This document shows positions 40,628-47,843 of a stretch of DNA of 64,000 bases, piece after piece. Source of the DNA: Terriglobia bacterium (GTDB taxonomy: Bacteria > Acidobacteriota > Terriglobia > UBA7540 > JAPUME01); the NCBI GenBank assembly GCA_965222885.1, contig OZ244973.1, forward strand, positions 3,946,141 through 4,010,140. Direction: 5' to 3'. The notes below the pieces were generated by a model. That model made no database searches and was not told the DNA's origin. It saw nothing but the letters and a program-made list of their open reading frames with translations. Position numbers and translations under genes: made by a program. Every line of letters begins with the position of its first letter. Position 1 is the first letter of the stretch.

Positions 40628-41443
40628 GTGAGCTTCTGGAGTGGGGAAACTCTTGCTGCGCGGCTTCCTGGACTGGTCGAGCCGTTCAAAGAGTCAAAGA
40701 TCGACTGTGCTGCGTACACGCTCCAAGTTGGCCCAGAAGTGTATGTCTCCCCCTCCATCGTCGACGATGCCTCAACAACGAAGGTGCGGCTGAGAGAGGG
40801 CCAGTCCTTCGCTATACCTGCGGGTCAGTTTGCGTTCTTACTGACAGAAGAGCGAATTCGCGTACCAAGTTCCGCGTTGGCATTCATCTCCATCAAGGCG
40901 CGCATTAAGTTTAAGGGTCTTGTGAATGTGTCGGGATTCCACGTTGATCCTGGATATGAGGGCCGACTCATCTTCTCGGTGTTCAACGCAGGTCCCGCAC
41001 CTGTCCATCTTGCTCGGGGCGACGACTGTTTCCTGATGTGGTTCGCCAGCCTGGATGTGTCCTCGGAAGAGATCAAAAAGATGCCTGGTTTCGATGCCAT
41101 TCCGTCTAGCCTGATCAATCCCATCGCTGGGGAGATTCAGTCTTTCGCGGGACTGCTTGAGAAGATTCGCTCGACAGAAAAACGGATAGATGTGATCGAC
41201 AAGGCCCAATCGAAGATATTGGCCATTGCCACTCCCATCTTCGCGGCGTTATTGACACTGGCGATCATGCTTGGATTTCGTGCTTGTGAGGCTCCACCGA
41301 CTGTTTTACAGGTTGCGCCAGTCGGCGGATCATTGCCCCAACTCTCGGACCCTGGTCCATCATCGGCTTCGCAACCTGGGGCACCGGACGCAGCACCTCC
41401 ACAGGGCCAGGCTCCACCAGACCAGTCGGTGGCCGCCCCTTAG
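40628..41443 (+). CDS. dCTP deaminase/dUTPase-superfamily (Dcd-like) protein with a C-terminal TM helix and Pro/Gln/Ala-rich tail
   Basis: The N-terminal 145 aa follow the Dcd pattern (I.PF....I....Y.L.VG.E......L..G..F.IPAGQFA.LLTEE.I.VP......I..K.....GL.N.SGFHVDPGYEGRLIFSVFNAG..PV.L..GD....MWF). ILAIATPIFAALLTLAIMLGF (nt 41216-41278) is a predicted TM helix. Confidence 0.65.
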   Translation: MSFWSGETLAARLPGLVEPFKESKIDCAAYTLQVGPEVYVSPSIVDDASTTKVRLREGQSFAIPAGQFAFLLTEERIRVPSSALAFISIKARIKFKGLVNVSGFHVDPGYEGRLIFSVFNAGPAPVHLARGDDCFLMWFASLDVSSEEIKKMPGFDAIPSSLINPIAGEIQSFAGLLEKIRSTEKRIDVIDKAQSKILAIATPIFAALLTLAIMLGFRACEAPPTVLQVAPVGGSLPQLSDPGPSSASQPGAPDAAPPQGQAPPDQSVAAP

Positions 41444-41696
41444 GAGCAAGAGGGACGCGACTGACGCCCAAAGTATATCTTGGCCTCGCAGGCCTCAAGG
41501 CGATCATTCAGGCTGCATCCGCCTAGTAGTACCGGCTTGTGTTATTGGTTGGCCCGGCAGGATTCTAAAAGAGCGACCTGCTCAAGGCCCCGGCCGAGGG
41601 ACGTTGCCGAGTGGGCGGTGTGAAATTGGTGCTGATTAGAATGGTTGACGCCGATCGATTTGTTAAACGGCCAAGCTTTGTCAAGTTAAGATATTG

Positions 41697-41827
41697 TCTT
41701 CCACGATTTTCTAACAACTCCTTCCTTTCATTGCTTTTACACGGTTTTGGGGCGTCAGTTTTCGCTCGCAACGCCTACCGCCTGACCCGCTGGATGGGCG
41801 GGTTTTTTGACGGTTTATTGGCGGTGT
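41697..41827. repeat. repeat S1, copy b (~131 bp)
   Basis: Direct repeat of 32527..32656 in the same orientation. Followed immediately by the terminal IR of the degenerate IS3. Confidence 0.8.
41786..41809 (+). terminator. rho-independent terminator-like hairpin inside S1 copy b
   Basis: Stem acccgc / gcgggt (6 bp), 7-nt loop tggatgg, then a T6 run. The corresponding hairpin in S1 copy a is weaker. Confidence 0.4.
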
Positions 41828-42870
41828 GACCAGACCGATCTTTTGTACCAATCCTAGGGAGAGAGTTTACATCACAGCCTGGGGCTGCGAAATCGGTTCT
41901 GGGAGAAGAAATGGATTACCGGCCCCCGGCGCCGGGGGCCGGTAATCCAGCGCCGAGTGCGGTCTCCGGGTGTTGTATTCCTCCCGCCATTGCTCCATCA
42001 CGATCTGGGCCTCCTGCAACGAGTAGAAGATCTCCCCGTTCAGGCATTCATCCCGCAACTTCCCATTGAAACTCTCACCATACCCGTTCTCCCATGGACT
42101 ACCTGGTTCGATGTACAACCTTCCGGTCCCGAGATTCCCCAGCCATTGGCGCAACTTCCGGGCGACGAACTCCGGGCCGTTATCGGATCGAATGTGCTCC
42201 GGGATCCCTCGCCACAGCATCACCTCCGACAACGTCTCGATCACCTCCAGGCTGCCCATCCTTCGCTCCACTCGGATCGCCAGACATTCCCGCGTATACT
42301 CGTCCAGCAGCGTCAGCAACCGCAGCGTCCTTCCATCGTGGGTTCTGGCGCTAACAAAGTCATAGCTCCAGACGTGGTTGCGATGTTCCGGGCGCAGTCT
42401 CACACAGGAACCGTCGTTCCGCCAGAGTCGTCTTCGCGGCCGTTGTTTTGGCGGCCCTTTCAAACCTTCCCCACGCCAGATTCGCTGCACCCGATCCTTG
42501 CCTACCGACCAGCCTGCGTTCCGCAGCTACGCCGTGATTCGTCGATAGCCGTACCGCCCGTATTGCGCCGCCAGAGCGACCACCGCCCGGGTCAGCTCAT
42601 CCTCGTCCAGTCGATGAATCGGCTGGTATCGTTGCGTCCCCCTCCATGGCCCCAGCAGCCGGCAGGCGTGCCGTTCCGACAGGCCATGCTTCCCCCGTGC
42701 CCGCTCCACCGCACAACGTCGCCGCTCAGGGCTCAGAAGTTTCCCGGGGCCACCTCCTGCAAGACTTGCTTCTCCAGCGACAACTCCGCCACCAGCCGCT
42801 TCAACCGCGTGTTTTCCTTCTCCAACTCTTTCAGCCGTTTCGCCTGATCCAGCTTCGTTAGTGGCTCAGG
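41828..42870 (-). mobile_element. degenerate IS3-family (IS407-like) element: right IR + orfB with in-frame TAG + 3' end of orfA; left part missing
   Basis: Terminal tgaccagaccgatcttttgtacca. orfB is split by TAG at 42527-42529 (..YGYRRITA*LRNAGW..). The slippery GGGAAAC is at 42739-42745 (minus). Homology to the intact copy's orfA stops near 42860-42880, and AT-rich unrelated sequence follows. Confidence 0.75.
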
Positions 42871-42980
42871 TTGAACTGTAAGTCTTTGTTTTCATTGGTC
42901 TGAAATTTCAAACTTAGACACTACCCCTATTTGAGGTATTGACATGACATGGGGTAGGTAATTCAGCATATAATTCCCAA

Positions 42981-43148
42981 ATGGAAATACTGTTGATTGC
43001 GAAGGCGCTCGGAGAATTGTGGATGTCGCGCAGTGAAAATCGCTGTTTATTCGTGATGCCGAAAGGACCGAACTGGGAAGATATCAGAGCCGCGATTGAA
43101 CGTCCATCGAAATGGACGCTGGCGGCTGACGACAGCTTGTTTCACTAA
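42981..43148 (+). CDS. small hypothetical ORF (55 aa), possibly a gene fragment
   Basis: Below the ORF-track cutoff. MEILLIAKALGELWMSRSENRCLFVMPKGPNWEDIRAAIE... Preceded by a perfect TATAAT at 42969-42974, only 6 nt from the ATG. Confidence 0.2.
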   Translation: MEILLIAKALGELWMSRSENRCLFVMPKGPNWEDIRAAIERPSKWTLAADDSLFH

Positions 43149-43269
43149 GACAACCGTAAGGCGATACGCGCTCTGATCCTCGTAGAGCCGACGGGAAGCC
43201 GGCGCTACGAAACCGAAGACAGAGCCGTTTTTCCATCTCCGCGATGAAAGCCGAGTTCAGATTGCGCCG

Positions 43270-43294
43270 TCGCCAGCACGCCCTCGTTGGCGGC
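43270..43294. repeat. 25-bp perfect direct repeat, copy 1
   Basis: tcgccagcacgccctcgttggcggc, identical to 44794..44818. Confidence 0.9.
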
Positions 43295-43323
43295 AAGACG
43301 GCGGCCTGAGAAAGGGGGCGCGC

Positions 43324-44730
43324 ATGACCTCGGAGGAATTCGCAGCCGAGAACTGGATCGACCGCCTCGCGCCGGCGCTTCGCAGCTTGGCCGACGCACA
43401 GAAACCCTACCTGCAGGGATACTACAAGGAGAATCCGCGTGTGCATGTCGTGCTCGAAAAGCGGGGCGGCAATCCGTCGGCCTTCCCGCTGGACGATTTA
43501 CGCGACCTCTATGCAATGGCGTACCACAGCAAGGTGTTCGGCAAAGAGGAGTATTACGCGCCCCTGTGCGCGGTGCTGGACCCCGTTCGGAACATTCTGC
43601 GGTCGCATCCCACGCTGGCGCGGGTCGCGAGTCCGATCATCGGCCAGGACGAATTCTGGATGGAAATCCTCGGTGCCGGCAACTCGACCTCCCCGGCGGA
43701 CCTGATCGCGGGACTGATGGCGCGGACCGCGGAGCTGTCCGGCGACCGCTTCCGGACGGCGGCGGGCGAACTGAACGCGCTCCTCACTCCGGCCGCGGAA
43801 AGAGGGCCGGCCAGCGTGCCGGGAGAGCTGGATGTCGGATACGATGCAGTGCTGTTCTACGGCCTGACCCTGAAGGAAAGGATCGACATTGTGGACGGAA
43901 TAGTGCTCCTTCCTTTCGAACAGGCACGGGCGTTTGTGGACGAGAGCTTGGTGGAAGAGCTCGCCCCGCCGGGCGCCGGATTCCATAGATGTTGGTCGGT
44001 CGGGGCGGCGGTCAGACCGTTCCGGTGGAGGCCCGCGTTCCGCCGAACCGGCTATGAAAGCGATCCGGAACTGGAAAATCCGGGGCCGTTTTTCCGGGAG
44101 GCGTGGACCTTCCTGGAACTTCTTGCCGTGGCGCACGCGGCGCCGGTGCTGTGCCTTGCTACATTGTCCCCTTGCATCGACCGGTCTGCCGGTCGGCTCC
44201 TGGGTCGGGCGGATCATAGCGGTAGCCTCGACCGTGGCCGCTCGGCGCAAGGGTTCAATGGGTTCGAGGAGTGTCCGGAGCTAGCGCCCGAGGTGCTTGC
44301 CGAAGCGAGGGAAGCTTTCGAGAAACGAAAGAGTGAACGGTACGCTAGGGTGGCTCCGATCGTCGGTCGGCTTGCCGAAGCGCTCGCGAGGGATGGACGG
44401 TTCGCGGGCGACGACAGGATTCTGGATGTCGCAATCGCGCTGGAACGAATGTATGGACTGGACGGCGGTGAGATATCCCACAAGATGCGGACGCGGGCTG
44501 CATGGTTTCTTGGCGTTGACTCAGAAAGCAGGTTCCGGGAAATGAAGGCAGTCAAGGAGTTCTACGAAGCGCGATCGGCGATCGTCCATAACCGGAAGAA
44601 GAAGGCATCCTGGCAGAGAGATCGCGAGGCGTTCGACAAGGGATTCGACATCGCCAGAAGGACGCTGTTCAAGCTGTTGCACGAAGGCCCACCGGAGAGT
44701 TGGGACGAGTTGGTGATCGTGGGCGACTGA
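43324..44730 (+). CDS. ApeA-like HEPN-domain protein (putative single-gene defence/abortive-infection RNase)
   Basis: 468 aa. The C-terminal ~120 aa have an alpha-helical HEPN pattern ending in FYEARSAIVHNRK (R-x4-H). The large N-terminal domain is unrecognised. Confidence 0.45.
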   Translation: MTSEEFAAENWIDRLAPALRSLADAQKPYLQGYYKENPRVHVVLEKRGGNPSAFPLDDLRDLYAMAYHSKVFGKEEYYAPLCAVLDPVRNILRSHPTLARVASPIIGQDEFWMEILGAGNSTSPADLIAGLMARTAELSGDRFRTAAGELNALLTPAAERGPASVPGELDVGYDAVLFYGLTLKERIDIVDGIVLLPFEQARAFVDESLVEELAPPGAGFHRCWSVGAAVRPFRWRPAFRRTGYESDPELENPGPFFREAWTFLELLAVAHAAPVLCLATLSPCIDRSAGRLLGRADHSGSLDRGRSAQGFNGFEECPELAPEVLAEAREAFEKRKSERYARVAPIVGRLAEALARDGRFAGDDRILDVAIALERMYGLDGGEISHKMRTRAAWFLGVDSESRFREMKAVKEFYEARSAIVHNRKKKASWQRDREAFDKGFDIARRTLFKLLHEGPPESWDELVIVGD

Positions 44731-44793
44731 GCCGAACTGGTCAGGTGCGCAGCAGGTCGGAACTCACCGCGTGTCCCAGCGCCCGCAGCGCCA

Positions 44794-44818
44794 TCGCCAG
44801 CACGCCCTCGTTGGCGGC
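44794..44818. repeat. 25-bp perfect direct repeat, copy 2
   Basis: tcgccagcacgccctcgttggcggc. On the minus strand both copies encode AANEGVLA within different short reading frames. Confidence 0.9.
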
Positions 44819-45329
44819 GTAACCGGGCGTCTTCAGCCAGGATTTCCAGCACCGTCCGGCGCAGATGGGGTCGCTTGAAGCTGCTGAAATCCGTCACTTG
44901 CGACCTCCGTGCAGCAGATATTCATGGATCAGGTCCAGAGTGCTCTTCATGCCGTGCACCTCCCCTTCCAGCCGCGCCTGCGAGGCGCTGATCTGGTCGA
45001 TGCGTTCATGGATGCGGCGCATTTCGCCGTTTCTCCGCGCCGGCAGGGGTGGGGCCGGTTGGGGCCTGGGCGGCGGAGCGCCATTCAGATCGGGCAGGAA
45101 GGTGCCCGCCCGTTCCTCGGCGCGCCGCTTGACGACGTAGGGGTAGGCGCGGTTTTCGCGGCAGACCCAGGCAGACGCCCAGGGCAATGAGAAGAATAGA
45201 GATCGAGTTCCATGTTCCCTCCCAGGATCATCCTACGGTGGGAACGCAGGGAAGATAATGCTGATGGCAATCAGGGTGAAGGCGGTGGGCGATGGCGGTA
45301 TCGGGAAGGGATGGGGCGAGAGTCAGGGA

Positions 45330-45590
45330 ATCCCCGTGCCATCTCGCCTTTGCGCGTCGAATACACGCCGTCAACTGCTTTCTTGATCCGGCTGATCTCC
45401 TACTTTAAGAGGTCCGGCTTCAGCAACAAGTCAAAAAGTGCTAGAGACTCCTCGGTCAGTTCTTCGCAGAATGCTCGCTTTTCTTCTCCGCTTAAGGACG
45501 CGGCCAACTTGAGCAGTTCGTCGAAGGTGCGTTCGACCGTAGCCCGGCCCTTTTCGTTGTTGTCGCGGCAGTGCTTGTCGATGGAGAATT
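45330..45590 (-). pseudogene. relic of a type I restriction enzyme R subunit C-terminus (DUF3387-like)
   Basis: Minus-strand translation is FSIDKHCRDNNEKGRATVERTFDELLKLAASLSGEEKRAFCEELTEESLALFDLLLKPDLLK*EISRIKKAV... This is the HsdR C-terminal pattern (E.LsEEelA.FDLL.KP.L.k.Ei..iK) with an in-frame TAG at 45400-45402 and no upstream gene body. Confidence 0.4.
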
Positions 45591-45801
45591 ATATACAATT
45601 TTAGCCAAGCGGATTAAGGGTGGAGGAGAACTGTTAATGACTACTGCAATCCAGAATGGTCGGGAAGGCTCCTTATGAGAACGGCCCTCGCTAAAAGATC
45701 ATGAATTGATTTCAGAGATTCAATGTCTTGCTCGCTCAGCTGACCCATTCCAAGTGCGCCTTGCTAGAATCCCGAAGCAGCATCGTAGTTCAGGTGATCT
45801 A

Positions 45802-46896
45802 CTAGTGTACTGTCCCGGAAATATATGAGCAAAGTCGTTCGACCTTAGCGAGGATGGATTCGGCCGTGGCGGTCCAGACGAAAGGACTGGTGTTGGCGTT
45901 GTAATGTTCGACGAAGCGCTCGATGTTACGGACGAGAGCCTTGACGCTGGAGAAGGAACCTCGGCGAATGGCCTTCTGGGTAATGATGCCGAACCAGCGT
46001 TCGACTTGGTTGAGCCAGGACGCATAGGTTGGGGTGAAATGAACGTGGTAGCGGGGACGCCGAGCGAGCCAAGCGCGGACTTTGGGATGTTTGTGAGTAG
46101 CGTAGTTATCGACGATGAGATGGACGTCGAGGTTGTGCGGCACACTGCCGTCGATCTGACGCAGGAAAGTGAGGAACTCCTGATGACGGTGTCGCGGTTT
46201 ACAGCGGGTGATGACTCTCCCGGTGGCCACATCGAGAGCCGCGAACAGAGTGGTCGTGCCGTGACGTTTGTAATCATGGGTGACGCCTTCGACGTAGCCG
46301 AGGCCCATGGGGAGAACGGGCTGAGTTCGCTGAAGAGCTTGAACCTGGGTCTTCTCATCGACCGAGAGCACCACGGCGTGGTCCGGGGGATTGAGGTAGA
46401 GACCGACGATGTCGCGGACTTTCTCGACGAAGAACGGGTCGTTGGAAATCTTGAAATGCCGCTGGCGATGCGGCTGGACGCCGAACAGATCGAACCACCG
46501 CTGGACCGTGCTCTTTGAGACTCCCGTGTGTTCCGCCATGGAACGCACGCTCCAGTGCGAACGATCGGGAGGTTCGGTTTGCAGGGCCGTGTTGATGACT
46601 TCCGCAACACGTTCATCCTCATGCGTGCGGGGGCGTCCGGGACGCAGTTCATCGTGTAGTCCGGGGATTCCATGTTCACGATAGCGCTTTCGCCACTTGC
46701 CCACGGTCGTATTGGTGACACCCAGACGCCGGGCCACGGTAGAGCCGGGAACGCCTTCGGCGCAGGCCAGCACAATCTGGGCCCTCAGCACCAGACTATG
46801 CGGCAAGGTTCGGGAGCGGGCGAGGCTCCCCAGTTCCGATTCCTCACTCTCACTGAGAGTGAGGGGAGTAACGGGGCGACCGCGTGGCATGGGCAT
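45802..46896 (-). CDS. IS630 family transposase
   Basis: The start is placed at MPMPRGRP, inside the element, whereas the track ORF runs on to 47196 outside the IR. DDE core LSVDEKTQVQALQR...IVDNYATHKH...HFTPTYASWLNQVERWF. The stop uses the target TA. Confidence 0.85.
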   Translation of the reverse strand: MPMPRGRPVTPLTLSESEESELGSLARSRTLPHSLVLRAQIVLACAEGVPGSTVARRLGVTNTTVGKWRKRYREHGIPGLHDELRPGRPRTHEDERVAEVINTALQTEPPDRSHWSVRSMAEHTGVSKSTVQRWFDLFGVQPHRQRHFKISNDPFFVEKVRDIVGLYLNPPDHAVVLSVDEKTQVQALQRTQPVLPMGLGYVEGVTHDYKRHGTTTLFAALDVATGRVITRCKPRHRHQEFLTFLRQIDGSVPHNLDVHLIVDNYATHKHPKVRAWLARRPRYHVHFTPTYASWLNQVERWFGIITQKAIRRGSFSSVKALVRNIERFVEHYNANTSPFVWTATAESILAKVERLCSYISGTVH

Positions 46897-46953
46897 ACCT
46901 CCAGAGGCCAAAGGTTGCCCATTAATATATCGCTTATTACCGGGACAGTACAC
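45805..46953 (-). mobile_element. IS630-family insertion sequence (copy 2)
   Basis: IRs gtgtactgtcccggaaata / gtgtactgtcccggtaata. TA duplication at 45803-04 and 46954-55. Confidence 0.85.
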
Positions 46954-47224
46954 TAGCCAGCCGGATGTCTTATTCCGATGATCTTCTTCATCAACTTCAA
47001 GAAGTACGGCTGCCAGATAGGAGAGAAATGCGGCCAGAGGTTTTGTGAGGTCTCGGGGTTCCGTTTCCATATCAAGCCAGAATATCCACGCCATAGCAGA
47101 CAGTCCTGAGTGGGCCAGGCGAGCCTGGGGATGAGGCGAGCCTGTACCCCCTTGCTGGCTCACACTGGGCTGAGGTCTGCTATGGCAAGTAGTCACCTTA
47201 TCCTGGCCTCAAGGGGGGTTTCCA

Positions 47225-47716
47225 ATGAGATTCCAGCTAACACTTGTCGCAGCGCTTTTCTTCCTGTCCATTCCAAACCTGTTTGCCCAAGGGACTCCAG
47301 TGGATGTGTGGAGCGACCCATCGGCCAAATACTGGATTGTAGGTAATGACCAACTCACAGGAAAATTCAGGCTCATTTCGACCCGGAGAGTGGGCAGGAG
47401 TGGAGAAAGCTGGGCGATTCGCCTGGCCGATTGCTCCATTCCAAAGTTCGCATATCTGGGGGATGCTTCCACTTTCTCTCAGGCACAATCTCAAGCGTGG
47501 ACCAAGGAAGCTTCGTGCCGACCGACGAGCGCACATCAGACAATGGAGTCTGTGTGCAAGAAAAATCGCCTCTCGACGTGCACAGTGGCTTCTTCCCATG
47601 TGATTGCTTTCTTTATGGTTTCGGCCCCGGTGCGGCCACTGACCGCGCCGCACCGGGGCACACCGAAGGTGGACGGGAGCGACCCCCGGTGTGGGTGGCA
47701 AGGGCTGTGCACATGA
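47225..47716 (+). CDS. hypothetical secreted protein
   Basis: Signal peptide MRFQLTLVAALFFLSIPNLFAQG. The first ~100 aa look protein-like, while the C-terminal part is of doubtful quality. Confidence 0.3.
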   Translation: MRFQLTLVAALFFLSIPNLFAQGTPVDVWSDPSAKYWIVGNDQLTGKFRLISTRRVGRSGESWAIRLADCSIPKFAYLGDASTFSQAQSQAWTKEASCRPTSAHQTMESVCKKNRLSTCTVASSHVIAFFMVSAPVRPLTAPHRGTPKVDGSDPRCGWQGLCT

Positions 47717-47843
47717 GCCCACCCCGCGCTGCCAATCCAGGCAGCCCAAACAGGGGGTCGCGCTCCCGTCCAAATCAATCCTTGCGGGAAGGAAGTCAAA
47801 GCGATGAGTAGGTCGGCCACGATGATGCTGGTGGGTTTCGGCG

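Noticed and set aside
43287-43988. 233-aa + strand ORF overlapping the start of the HEPN gene
   Set aside because: It is an Arg/Gly-rich alternative frame, and the 468-aa frame is far more protein-like.
44562-45187. 97-aa and 111-aa minus-strand ORFs downstream of the HEPN gene
   Set aside because: They are short, partly Pro/Arg-rich, and one needs a frameshift to make sense. They are treated as fragments associated with the 25-bp repeat rather than as genes.
45720-46775. 351-aa minus-strand ORF
   Set aside because: It is a shadow frame of the IS630 copy 2 transposase and crosses the element's IR into flanking DNA.
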